From positions 1 to 64,000 of the forward strand of contig JBDIWC010000020.1 in the NCBI GenBank assembly GCA_039794085.1: DNA of 64,000 bases. Direction: 5' to 3'. The DNA comes from Gemmatimonadales bacterium (GTDB lineage Bacteria; Gemmatimonadota; Gemmatimonadetes; Gemmatimonadales; GWC2-71-9). The notes under the pieces were generated by a model that did not search any database, was not told the DNA's origin, and saw only the letters and a program-made list of their open reading frames with translations. Shown one piece after another: positions 1 through 9,123 of the stretch; the first letter of the stretch is position 1; every line of letters starts with the position of its first letter. The position numbers were made by a program, and so were the translations under genes.

Positions 1-77
1 GCACAAAAGGCACAAAACCTCTCCCCCCCCTGGTGGCAGAGGGGCGTGCCTCTTGTGACTTCTGTGCTTTTTGTGGC
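1..77. repeat. 9-bp unit arrays in inverted orientation (GCACAAAAG/GCACAAAAC versus GTGCCTCTT-GTGACTTCT-GTGCTTTTT-GTGGC); potential hairpin, truncated by the window edge
   Basis: Read directly at 1-18 and 46-77; arms are approximate reverse complements. Confidence 0.7.
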
Positions 78-301
78 CATTCCCCTCGCCCGCCTGACCA
101 TCCGAATCCCCAGGGCGGGTCCCCGGACTCCGGGGCGTCCCCTCGCACCGTGCCGACAACGCGCCCGATCGACGTGTCTCTCACCCACGCGAAACCCTGA
201 AGAGCCCCAAGTGGGATGCCGTCACAGACGCCGTCACACGCACGGCCGGAGCGGGTGTCCGGGGGGCGCCCCAAATATTGTTGCCGTTTTGTGTTCAATC
301 T

Positions 302-329
302 TGTCCTACGTCCTACGTCCTATGTCCTC
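302..329. repeat. Heptamer tandem repeat YGTCCTM x4
   Basis: TGTCCTA CGTCCTA CGTCCTA TGTCCTC, just past the stop of the 355-1734 gene. Confidence 0.8.
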
Positions 330-354
330 CGATCTTCCGTCTATCCCGACCCGC

Positions 355-1734
355 CTAGTTCACCATCGCCGCTGTTTTCCCCCTCACTCCCTCCGGCCCG
401 GTGTCCCAGTTCTGCACGCTGGAGACGTTTGGCATTCCCCAGTCCTTCCCGTTCCATCCCGAGAATCCCTCGAAGCGGAAGGCCCAGAACCCGGTGTTCG
501 AGTCGGTGATGACCACGAGGCCATCCGAGTTCCGGACATCCACGCCGAAGGCCCCGTTCATGACACTGGTGCCTTCCCAGACCGGAACTCCGCCGAATCC
601 CGCCTGATGCTTGCACATGCAGGTGTAGTACCAGCCGAGGGTGTGAGGGTTCTCGGGGTCCATCATGTTGAAGATCTGCAGGCCGTCCTCGTACCCCGAG
701 ACAAAGACATAGGGCCACCGGATCTCGTGATTATGCGCCAGCGCCCGCCAGTCGGCGGTCCAGGCGCTGATCGGCCGGCTGATGGTCTGTACTTCTCCGG
801 ACAGGCCGGGCCGGAGGTCGAACAGGCGCAGGGGGGCGTACTGGTACTCTGATTCGGTGACCGCGAATTTCCCGTCGGGTGTGGGAGTGAAGGTGTGTCC
901 ACTCGAGATGCCCGAGGCCCCCACGATGGAGGTGAGGAGCGTCGGCTCCTCCCGCCCGACGTTGGTCACGTCATAGAGGAAGTACCCCCCGCGACCGGCG
1001 CCATAGAACTTGTCCTGCTGGGTTTCCGCGTCGAAGGCGACGTAAAAATCGTGGTACCCCCCGCGGCCCGCGGTCTGGTTGGCGGGAATCGGCACCCGGC
1101 CGATGAGTGCTCCGGCATCACCGGCGAGGACCTTCTCCATGTCATACACGTTGGCGAAGGGACCGCCCACGGTCGTGAAGAGGAGGACCCGGCCATCGGA
1201 ATGCTTGTAGGCGAAGATGTTGTGGAACCCTCCGGGATGCTCCGCGTCCCGGATCCGGGCGACGATCCGGATCTTGCTGGTGTCCGGAAGTGAGGTCACA
1301 TCGGCCACGACGGCGCCCAGATCCGAGTCCGGCCCTCCCTGCCCGAACTGGAGGGATTGGACGTAGTAGTATTTGCCCTTGAGCTTGAAGTATTTCCCGT
1401 CCATCCCGCCGGTCCCGCCATGCAATTCCGGATTCTCGATACGCCAGTGGTAGATCGGCTTGATGTTGTCCAGGTCGGCGAGGGAGAGGATCGTGAAGCC
1501 CGGGCGATCCCGCGACTGGGAGGCGTAGGCGTAGGGCCGGGAGAGTTCCTCCTCGATCTCGACATCCATCGTCCGGAAGAATCCGCCGAGGGGAACATGC
1601 CCTAGCACCTTTACGTTGGAACTACCGCCGACCTTGTTCTTGGCCGGCTCGGTGTACTGCGCCGTGGCGGCCGACACGGCGACCAGGAGACCAAGCAGGG
1701 CTCCGGGGAGAGGGCGAATGAATCTGGGGGTCAT
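355..1734 (-). CDS. Secreted LVIVD-repeat / choice-of-anchor-B-like beta-propeller protein
   Basis: Signal peptide (…VSAATA-Q); repeated beta-strand units (YVFVSGYEDGLQIFNM, GLVVITDSNTGFW); His motifs HNIF, YHDF, GHTF, AHNHE. Confidence 0.65.
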   Translation of the reverse strand: MTPRFIRPLPGALLGLLVAVSAATAQYTEPAKNKVGGSSNVKVLGHVPLGGFFRTMDVEIEEELSRPYAYASQSRDRPGFTILSLADLDNIKPIYHWRIENPELHGGTGGMDGKYFKLKGKYYYVQSLQFGQGGPDSDLGAVVADVTSLPDTSKIRIVARIRDAEHPGGFHNIFAYKHSDGRVLLFTTVGGPFANVYDMEKVLAGDAGALIGRVPIPANQTAGRGGYHDFYVAFDAETQQDKFYGAGRGGYFLYDVTNVGREEPTLLTSIVGASGISSGHTFTPTPDGKFAVTESEYQYAPLRLFDLRPGLSGEVQTISRPISAWTADWRALAHNHEIRWPYVFVSGYEDGLQIFNMMDPENPHTLGWYYTCMCKHQAGFGGVPVWEGTSVMNGAFGVDVRNSDGLVVITDSNTGFWAFRFEGFSGWNGKDWGMPNVSSVQNWDTGPEGVRGKTAAMVN

Positions 1735-1753
1735 GGGGGCTCCGGGGGAGGAA

Positions 1754-1823
1754 GGGTGTTGGGTTCTGGGTGTTGGGTGTCGGGTGTCGGGTTCTATGTC
1801 CTATGTTCTATGTCCTATTCTCC
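1754..1823. repeat. Heptamer tandem array, 10 in-phase units (GGGTGTY/GGGTTCT x6 then ATGTYCT x3 and ATTCTCC)
   Basis: Read directly in the intergenic gap. Confidence 0.85.
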
Positions 1824-1841
1824 ACGTCCGGCGTCCTGCGA

Positions 1842-3506
1842 TCACGGGGTCACCGTGAACACCATGTGCATCCCCGCCTCGAGGTGCTCGGCGATGTGAC
1901 AGTGGGCCATCCAGCGTCCCGGGTTGGTGGCCTCGACCAGGAACTCGACGGTGGACCCCACGGGAACCAGGATGGTGTCGCGCCACGCCACGTCCTCCTC
2001 CGGAAGACCATCCCGGGCCGTGATCAGGAGACGCTGACCGTGAAAATGGATCGGATGGCTCATCGGGTGGACGGAACGCTCGTCGTTGTGCATCCGTACC
2101 TTGAGCACATCACCCCGCGCCACGGTCCATTCGATGTCGTTGTTTTCCTTCCCCGTGGCCCGATCGCGCATGATCCAGCGCACTTCCTTCGTCGTGGCCA
2201 CCCAGTTCATGTCCCGCATGCCGTCGACCCATTCCTGGGGCGGGAAGTAGGTCGTGTCGACGCTCATGAAGGCGGTGATGGGGATCGGCATTCCCTGAAT
2301 CGACACCGTGAGCAGGAGATCCTTGTCCGGAGCGCGGGCGAAGTGCTCGCGGTAGGGTTCGACGCTCTCCGTGACGGACCGGTTGGTGCGCAGCGTTCGG
2401 AAGGCGTCCCCATGATCCGGGGCGGCCGGTTCGTCCCGCACCGTCACCACCCCCAGGGTATCGACCATGGGCTGAAACTCACCCTGGAAATTGTTGAGTC
2501 CCTGGACCCGGTTCGTGATCATCTGCGGGCCCGGCTCGGTGAAGTGCACCTCGACCACATAGCGCTGCGCCGGGGCGATCACGACGCTCTCCACCATCTG
2601 TTCCCGCTCGAAGTTCCCGACGTCCGCCCCGACGAGCTTGATCCGCGCGGTGCCGAACGACAGGTTGAAGGTTCGGGTGTTGGCGACGTTGGTCAGCAGA
2701 AAGCGCACGACGTCCCCGCGGCGCGCCGTCAGGGTGTACTCGGGCTCCCCGTTGACCAGAAACAGGGTCCCGAACCTCCCCATGATGGCGAAGTTGGCCA
2801 CGTCCTGGCCATAGGGAAGAATCCCCTCGTCGTCGACCAGGAGGTCATCGAGCATGAGGACTTCCTCCAGGTTCACAGGGCTGTAGTAGTCCGGATCGGA
2901 GGAGTGTACCACCAGGTTCCCGTAGAGCCCCATGTCCTGCTGGATGTCCTCCCTCACGTGGGGGTGATACCAGTAGATCCCGGGGTCCGGGAAATGGATC
3001 CGGTAGAGGAATTCTCCCCCCACGGGCACCGGATCCTGGGTCACTCCCGGAGCGCCGTCATACCGGTTGTCGAGACGGATCCCGTGCCAGTGAACGGTCG
3101 AGGGAAGGTCGAGACGGTTGAGAAACCGGACCGTGATCGTGGCGGCCTCCCGGACCCGGATCATCGGTCCGGGAATCTGGCCGTTGAATCCGTACATCAC
3201 GTGGTCCCGTCCCCGGAGCCGCCGGCGCACCAGCATGGCGGTCAGATCGATCGAGTCCCCGTCGGCCAGGTCGAGAAGCTGCCGCGGACCGGCCGGGGGC
3301 AGGGTGGCGGGATCCACCCCGACCCCGGGCAGGAACGGAGTCATCGCCGGGCGAACCCCCTCCATGCCGGGGATCAGGGGCATCTCCATCCCCCGCGCCA
3401 TCGGAGGCATCCGGTCGGGACCACGCCCATGCTGGTGCCCCTGTGCGATCCCGTCTCCCACGCCCATTCCTCCCAACCCCATGAGGAGCAGCATCACCCC
3501 TCTCAC
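1842..3506 (-). CDS. Multicopper oxidase (CueO/laccase-like)
   Basis: All four Cu motifs: HWHG, WYHPH, HPIHFHG, HCHIAEHLEAGM; Met-rich segments; hydrophobic N-terminus. Confidence 0.95.
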   Translation of the reverse strand: MRGVMLLLMGLGGMGVGDGIAQGHQHGRGPDRMPPMARGMEMPLIPGMEGVRPAMTPFLPGVGVDPATLPPAGPRQLLDLADGDSIDLTAMLVRRRLRGRDHVMYGFNGQIPGPMIRVREAATITVRFLNRLDLPSTVHWHGIRLDNRYDGAPGVTQDPVPVGGEFLYRIHFPDPGIYWYHPHVREDIQQDMGLYGNLVVHSSDPDYYSPVNLEEVLMLDDLLVDDEGILPYGQDVANFAIMGRFGTLFLVNGEPEYTLTARRGDVVRFLLTNVANTRTFNLSFGTARIKLVGADVGNFEREQMVESVVIAPAQRYVVEVHFTEPGPQMITNRVQGLNNFQGEFQPMVDTLGVVTVRDEPAAPDHGDAFRTLRTNRSVTESVEPYREHFARAPDKDLLLTVSIQGMPIPITAFMSVDTTYFPPQEWVDGMRDMNWVATTKEVRWIMRDRATGKENNDIEWTVARGDVLKVRMHNDERSVHPMSHPIHFHGQRLLITARDGLPEEDVAWRDTILVPVGSTVEFLVEATNPGRWMAHCHIAEHLEAGMHMVFTVTP

Positions 3507-4003
3507 TGCGGCATGCCCCCGTTGAACATGGTGTGGGACGAGAAACTCGTCAGGTAGGACGACGCGGACCGGCCAAGCAGAACAATCGGCCCCCGCCAGC
3601 GGTCTCCCGGCTCGCCCCGTTCGGCGGTGACCAGGACCATGAACTTGTTGTAGGTCACCCGGCCTGCCGCGGTCTCGCCCGCCCCCAGCGTGCCCAGGCG
3701 CACCACCTGGTCCAGGTCGGGCGTGGTGGCCCAGGCCACGAACCGGTCACTGCCGGGCGCAAAGGAGGAGGGATCGGGGAGGGCGTGTGCCGACACCTCC
3801 GCTCGATAGATGAAATGCCCATCCCGGGTCACGGCGAGCCCGAAGGGGGACCGGGGGCGCTTCAACAGGACGACCCCGGTCAAACCGGAGGCGGGATTGG
3901 GGGACGTGAGTTCGATCCGGAAAAGGTCTGGACGGGGACGGGCGTCCGATCCGAGGACGGCAAGGACCAGCACCGCAGCCAGCGGCGGAAGCGTGACGCG
4001 CAA
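3503..4003 (-). CDS. Hypothetical exported protein coupled to the multicopper oxidase
   Basis: Signal-like N-terminus from TTG 4003 (start uncertain); GTGA overlap with the oxidase start; the longer ORF runs through repeat DNA. Confidence 0.65.
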   Translation of the reverse strand: MRVTLPPLAAVLVLAVLGSDARPRPDLFRIELTSPNPASGLTGVVLLKRPRSPFGLAVTRDGHFIYRAEVSAHALPDPSSFAPGSDRFVAWATTPDLDQVVRLGTLGAGETAAGRVTYNKFMVLVTAERGEPGDRWRGPIVLLGRSASSYLTSFSSHTMFNGGMPQ

Positions 4004-4063
4004 TGGATACCCCTGGGAAAAGCCTTTCGAATAGAACCGAGAACGGGAAAGAAGGTCAAGGGA

Positions 4064-4313
4064 GAAGTGTGAAGTTCGAAGGGAACCCGTGTTGTCATTG
4101 CGAGGGCCCGGAGGGCCCGTGGCACTTCCAATCATGGGCCACGTGACGCCGGGTCGACCTTCGTGCCGGAGACAACCCGGACGGGTTCCCGTGGGAAGGC
4201 CTGCCATCCTCGCGCGGCACCACCCTTCGCTCACGAGATCGCCACGGCGGCGTGCGCCGCCTCGCGATGACAGCCTCCCCGTTCCTCCTTCAAGACTTCG
4301 AACTTCACACTTC
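4064..4313. repeat. Nested palindromic element: 18-bp perfect inverted repeat enclosing two inverted REP-like units (REPIN/MITE-like)
   Basis: GAAGTGTGAAGTTCGAAG 4064-4081 versus CTTCGAACTTCACACTTC 4296-4313; TGTCATTGCGAGG at 4093 versus CCTCGCGATGACA ending 4272. Confidence 0.8.
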
Positions 4314-4316
4314 ACT

Positions 4317-6389
4317 TCATCCCAGCCGGAACAGCAGCTCTCCGCGGGGATACCGGGCCACGGCGCGGTCCCGAAGCGGGCGATGAGCGGGGAACTTCAA
4401 CTGAGGGTCGTCGCCGAGGATCGTCTCGGCCACGCGCCGGGCTTCGAGGAGAAGGTCGGTGTCGTCCGGGAAGCGGGCGATCCGCACCTCCATGCCTCCC
4501 GACTGGCGGGGGCCGAGCAGGTCCCCGAAGCGTCGTTCCGCCAGGTCGAGCTCCGCGATCTTGAAGCCGTCGGTCGTGGCGGCGAAGGCCCGCAGCCGAT
4601 CGGGCACCGCTCCATCGGTGAGGAGGATGCAATGGCTGTCGCCGGTGTCGGCGCCGCGGCCAATCCGTCCCCGGAGCTGGTGGAGCTGGGCCAGCCCGAA
4701 CCGGTCGGGATGCTCGATGACCATGGTGGTCGCGTTGGGCACATCGACCCCGACTTCCACCACGGTGGTGGCCACCAGAACATGAATCGTCCCGGCCCGG
4801 AAGGACTCCATCACCTGATCCCGCTTCTCCGCCTTGAGCTTCCCGTGGACCAACCCCACCTGGAGATCGGGCCACCGCTCCCGCAGGGCGTCGGCCATGG
4901 TGGAGGCGGCGCGCAGGTCGGACCGTTCCGATTCCTCGATCACCGGGAGGACGATGTAGGCCTGGCGGCCGGCCCGGGCCTCGGTGGCCACAAAGTCGAG
5001 GATCTGCTCCCGTTGCCGCTGTCCCCGCACGGCGGTCCGGATCCGGCCCCGGCCCGGGGGCCGCTCGCGGAGAGTGGAGACATCCAGATCGCCGTAGCGG
5101 GTGAGCGCGAGCGAGCGGGGAATCGGCGTGGCGGTGAGCATCAGCACATCGGGAGCATGTCCCTTTCCGATGAGGGCGGCGCGCTGCTCCACGCCAAAGC
5201 GATGCTGTTCATCGATGATGACGAGACCGAGGCGGTGAAACTTGACCTTGTCCTGCATCACGGCATGGGTACCGACGATGATCCGGGCGGCCCCCGACGC
5301 GATCCGGGCGAGCGTGTCCTCCTTCTCGCGATCGCGCATCCGTCCGACCAGGAGTACCGGTGCAACCTCCAGCGGGGCGAGGAGCGAAGCCAGAGTCGCG
5401 GCATGCTGCTCGGCGAGGAGCTCGGTGGGGGCCATGAGGACGGCCTGGCAGTCGTTTTCCAGCGCCAGCAACATGGCGAAGAGCGCCACGATCGTCTTGC
5501 CGGTTCCCACGTCTCCCATGAGTAGCCGGTGCATGCGCCGAGGGGCGGTCAGGTCGGCGGTGATTTCCTTGAGAGCCCGGCGTTGATCCCCGGTCAGGTC
5601 CCAGGGCAGCGACTGTTTCAGCCGGCTCGTGAGGGTCCGGTGCGCCACGAAGGCCTGGCCCGCTCGCTGGTGCCTGGCCAGGTGCCCGGCGCGTGCCAGC
5701 ATCAGCTGGAGATCGAGCAGCTCGTCAAACGCCAGGCGGCGGCGGCCTTCCTCGGCGGCGGCCACCGACAGGGGGCGATGCACCGCACGGAGGGCGTCGC
5801 CGAGGGACGGTAGCGGCATCCCGTCTCGGGACGCCGGGGGAAGCACATCGGGACTCGCGGCGATCAGGGCGTCGAGATTCCGGTCGATGAGCGACCGGAT
5901 CAGCTTGTGACTCAGGCCTGCGGTGGCGGGGTAGACCGGGAGAACCACTCCCTTGCCCAGGGAGACCGGGGTGTCAGCGTCCCCCAGGACCAGGAACTCC
6001 CGGGGCGCGAGCTGGCGACCATGATAGAACCGCACGGGACCCGTCACCAGCAGAACCTGGCCCACCTCGATGGAACGATCGAGAAAGGCCTGGCCAGGCC
6101 AGGAACACTCCAGAACCCCGCTCTCGTCGCGGAGGACGGCACTGAAGATCCGAAGACCCTTGCGGGTGGGGAGAACGCCCTTCGTGATGACCCGTCCCAC
6201 ACAGGCCACCTCGTCGCCGACCTGGGCCCGGGCCAGCGGTGTCACGGTGGACGCGTCGAGATACCGGTGGGGCAGGTGCCAGCGCAATGCACCCGCCGTG
6301 GTGATGCCGAGCCGGGCAAAACTATCCGCCCGGCGCTCCCCCACGCCCTTGAGAAACTGGATCGGGGTGTCGAGCCGGATCGGGGCCAT
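4317..6389 (-). CDS. recG: ATP-dependent DNA helicase RecG
   Basis: Wedge domain, GDVGTGKT, DEQH, TATPIPRSL, QLRGRIGRG motifs. Confidence 0.97.
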   Translation of the reverse strand: MAPIRLDTPIQFLKGVGERRADSFARLGITTAGALRWHLPHRYLDASTVTPLARAQVGDEVACVGRVITKGVLPTRKGLRIFSAVLRDESGVLECSWPGQAFLDRSIEVGQVLLVTGPVRFYHGRQLAPREFLVLGDADTPVSLGKGVVLPVYPATAGLSHKLIRSLIDRNLDALIAASPDVLPPASRDGMPLPSLGDALRAVHRPLSVAAAEEGRRRLAFDELLDLQLMLARAGHLARHQRAGQAFVAHRTLTSRLKQSLPWDLTGDQRRALKEITADLTAPRRMHRLLMGDVGTGKTIVALFAMLLALENDCQAVLMAPTELLAEQHAATLASLLAPLEVAPVLLVGRMRDREKEDTLARIASGAARIIVGTHAVMQDKVKFHRLGLVIIDEQHRFGVEQRAALIGKGHAPDVLMLTATPIPRSLALTRYGDLDVSTLRERPPGRGRIRTAVRGQRQREQILDFVATEARAGRQAYIVLPVIEESERSDLRAASTMADALRERWPDLQVGLVHGKLKAEKRDQVMESFRAGTIHVLVATTVVEVGVDVPNATTMVIEHPDRFGLAQLHQLRGRIGRGADTGDSHCILLTDGAVPDRLRAFAATTDGFKIAELDLAERRFGDLLGPRQSGGMEVRIARFPDDTDLLLEARRVAETILGDDPQLKFPAHRPLRDRAVARYPRGELLFRLG

Positions 6390-6400
6390 CGGGCGTGTCC

Positions 6401-7318
6401 TCAGTCCCTCAGGAGTCGGGTGGCAAAGGTGACCGCATCGAAGGCCTCGAGGTCGGCCTCCTGTTCTCCGGTTCCCAGGAACCGGATGGGCACCTGGAGT
6501 TCCTGCCGCAGCGCGATCACCGCCCCCCCCCGAGCGGTGCCATCGAGCTTGGTGATCACCAGCCCGGTGGGCGTCACCACCCGATGGAAGATCTTGCCCT
6601 GCTGCACGGCGTTCTGGCCCACGCTGCCATCGAGAACCAGGAGGACCTCATGCGGAGCGCCGGGGATCTTCCGGGCCAGCACGCGGGTCACCTTGTGCAA
6701 TTCCTCCATCAGGTCGTCCTGAGTGTGGAGCCGACCGGCCGTGTCCACCAGCACCACATCGATCCCGCGGGACACCGCCGCGGTGGCGGCGTCGAAGGCC
6801 ACGGCGGCCGGATCGCCCCCCGGTGTCCCGGCCACGCAGGGCACGCCGAGTCGTTCACTCCAGACCTGGAGCTGATCGATCGCCCCGGCCCGCCAGGTGT
6901 CCGCGGCGGCCAGCAGCACACTCCGGCCCTCCCGCTGCAGGCGCCGCGCGAGCTTGGCGACGGTCGTCGTCTTGCCCACCCCGTTCACGCCCACGAAGAG
7001 AACCACGGTGGGACCGGGCGCGGCCACGGCGATCTCCCCGGGCCGCGGGGCGCCGTCCAGCATCGCCGCGATCCGGTCTCGCAGCGCGGTGTGGAGATCC
7101 GTCTCCGTTTTCAGCGCTCCCGTGCGGACCTGGGTTTCGAGCCACGACGTGAGGGCCAGAGTGGCGGGGACCCCGAAATCCGCCTCGAGCATCACCCGTT
7201 CCGCCGCTTCGATGTCCTCCGCCTTGAGACCCCGAACCAGTGCCCCGACATCGGTGAGCGCGAGCCGCTTGATCCGGGCCCAGAGCCCGGGGCGCCGTCC
7301 TCCCACGCGATCCGCCAT
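6401..7318 (-). CDS. ftsY: SRP receptor FtsY (NG domain only)
   Basis: GVNGVGKTT, DTWRAGA, DTAGRL, TKLDGTARGG; ATG 7318 overlaps the upstream TGA. Confidence 0.96.
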   Translation of the reverse strand: MADRVGGRRPGLWARIKRLALTDVGALVRGLKAEDIEAAERVMLEADFGVPATLALTSWLETQVRTGALKTETDLHTALRDRIAAMLDGAPRPGEIAVAAPGPTVVLFVGVNGVGKTTTVAKLARRLQREGRSVLLAAADTWRAGAIDQLQVWSERLGVPCVAGTPGGDPAAVAFDAATAAVSRGIDVVLVDTAGRLHTQDDLMEELHKVTRVLARKIPGAPHEVLLVLDGSVGQNAVQQGKIFHRVVTPTGLVITKLDGTARGGAVIALRQELQVPIRFLGTGEQEADLEAFDAVTFATRLLRD

Positions 7319-9120
7319 CAGCGCAGTCCTCCCCGGCGGCGGACGAACCATTCACCGCTGAAGGCGCCGATCGCGAGCACAATGAGCCAGGGCCACTCGC
7401 GGGCCGTGCGTCGCCGCCCCCCCACCGATATCGTGGCCGCACGCGACTCCAGGACCGGCTCACGGGGAAACCACTCCGCGGACCACTCCTCCACCGCCAG
7501 GGTGCCTCCCCCGCCGGTGGCGAGCGAGTAGCTCCACGTTCCCGGCTCCAGTGCCACCGAGGCGCGGCCCTCGCCGTCAAACCTCAGGGTATCCTCCCGG
7601 ACCGTTCCGGTCGCGGCGCGGAACCGGATCGGCGTCGCGGCGGGAACGGCATCATCCCGCCAGACGAATGCCACCGGAAGCCCCCGGGGGGTGACGGCGC
7701 GCAGGGGAGTAACCACACCGCGGGTGGTGTCCGGTGCGGCCAACAGCCAGCTCACGGTGCTTCCCACCCAGGTGCGGTAGGCCTGTTCGGCGACCTCCCC
7801 CCGGAGGGCCCACCGCCACAAACCCGCGGCCCCGACCTCCACCGTCCGGCGCCCGGACACTTCCTCACCGACCATGGCCGCGCGCACCGCGCCCCGGCGT
7901 CCCTCCTGCACGGTGAGTCCGGTCCAGACGCCGGGACCGACCCGGTCATCGAGGGGCACCAGGCCGAGAGCGGGAGGGAGGGAGTCGAGCGGCAACCGGG
8001 CCAGCGCCGCGCCGACGGGGCTCGGCTGGGCGGCCGAAACGTACCAATCGCCCGTGAGAGTCCCTTCACGTCCTTCCCGTCCCGGGGTGTGCCAGTGCCA
8101 CCGCGCCGCGGCGTTCGCTCCGCGGGGCGCCGGGGGACCGGTCCCGACCGTGATCAGAAGGTCGGCCCCCCGCGCGGCAGCCTGCACCGCTTCCGCGGAG
8201 GCGGGCTGGAGGTCCTCCATCCGCCGCCACACCCCGGTGGTGACCTGGACGAACCCGCGGGTGGGGAGGGCACTCACATCCTGCAGGGCGCGCATCAGAA
8301 AGCGACTCTCCCACCCCGGTTCCTCGGCCAACAGCACGAGACCGGGGGTCGCGAGGATGGTGAGGAGATGGAGACGGGTGTCATCGCGCGGTTCCGGGTC
8401 GACAGGATCGGCGATCCCGACGGCGAGCAGGTGAGTACCCGCCGGGAGCGGAACGGGTCCCCTCAGCGTCCCCCGGCCGATCCCGGTGGACCCGACCTGG
8501 ATGGTGCCCCGGAAGAGCACGGAGCTGTCGGCCCGCACCACAACGGGGATCTCCCGCGGGAGTGACACTCCGGTGGTGCGAACCTCCACATCGAGGCGAA
8601 GCGTGTCCCCCGCCACCAACCGCGACGGTCCGGCCACTCCCCAGAGGGACCCTCCCGGGACGGAGTCCCGCGGAAGGAGGTGGACCGTGGTCCGGGCCAT
8701 CACCTCGGGAGGGAGGTCCGCGACGTCGTCGATTTCCCCGTCGGTCACCAGGTGAAGGGTCCGACCGGAGGCGGCCGCGGTGGCAAGGGCCGCGGCCACG
8801 CGGGACTGGCCCGCCCGGGGCAGCGAGTCCTCAGGAAATCCCGGGTGTCCGAGCGTCCGGACCTCGCCGAGACTCCGGGCGAGGGAGTCGGCCTCGGACC
8901 ACCGGGAGGTCATGGAGAGTGAGGCATCGAGGAGAACGAGAGGGGGCCCCCCGTTCGGGACGGGACACCCGGGATTGACCAGCAGGAGGGCGAGGGCCCC
9001 CCAGGCGGTGGCGCGGAGCGCCACGGCGGACCGACCGGGGCGTGGGGTGGTTTCCCGCAGACGGTACGACACCACGGCCGCCAGGGCGGCGGCTATCGCG
9101 GCGAGAACTGCGCCAGGCAT
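7318..9120 (-). CDS. Membrane protein with a vWA-like (MIDAS) segment and Ig-like region
   Basis: N-terminal TM pair, LLDASLSM and VTDGE motifs, C-terminal TM ending EWFVRRRGGLR. Confidence 0.6.
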   Translation of the reverse strand: MPGAVLAAIAAALAAVVSYRLRETTPRPGRSAVALRATAWGALALLLVNPGCPVPNGGPPLVLLDASLSMTSRWSEADSLARSLGEVRTLGHPGFPEDSLPRAGQSRVAAALATAAASGRTLHLVTDGEIDDVADLPPEVMARTTVHLLPRDSVPGGSLWGVAGPSRLVAGDTLRLDVEVRTTGVSLPREIPVVVRADSSVLFRGTIQVGSTGIGRGTLRGPVPLPAGTHLLAVGIADPVDPEPRDDTRLHLLTILATPGLVLLAEEPGWESRFLMRALQDVSALPTRGFVQVTTGVWRRMEDLQPASAEAVQAAARGADLLITVGTGPPAPRGANAAARWHWHTPGREGREGTLTGDWYVSAAQPSPVGAALARLPLDSLPPALGLVPLDDRVGPGVWTGLTVQEGRRGAVRAAMVGEEVSGRRTVEVGAAGLWRWALRGEVAEQAYRTWVGSTVSWLLAAPDTTRGVVTPLRAVTPRGLPVAFVWRDDAVPAATPIRFRAATGTVREDTLRFDGEGRASVALEPGTWSYSLATGGGGTLAVEEWSAEWFPREPVLESRAATISVGGRRRTAREWPWLIVLAIGAFSGEWFVRRRGGLR

Positions 9121-9123
9121 CGG

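Noticed and set aside
190..215. GAAAC and CTGAAGAG resembling a hammerhead ribozyme core
   Set aside because: The elements are adjacent, leaving no room for stems I and III, and no GAAA follows the putative stem II
46..852. 268-aa plus-strand ORF at the window start
   Set aside because: Runs through repeats and antisense to the LVIVD gene; Arg/Pro-rich with no motif
1754..1823. CRISPR array, also considered for 53098-53167
   Set aside because: Contiguous 7-mers without spacers; no cas genes
4081..4206. Cobalamin-riboswitch-like words (GGGAA, GGGAAGG, CCTGCC)
   Set aside because: Wrong order, no B12 box, opposite strand to the neighbouring genes; better explained as a REP-like element
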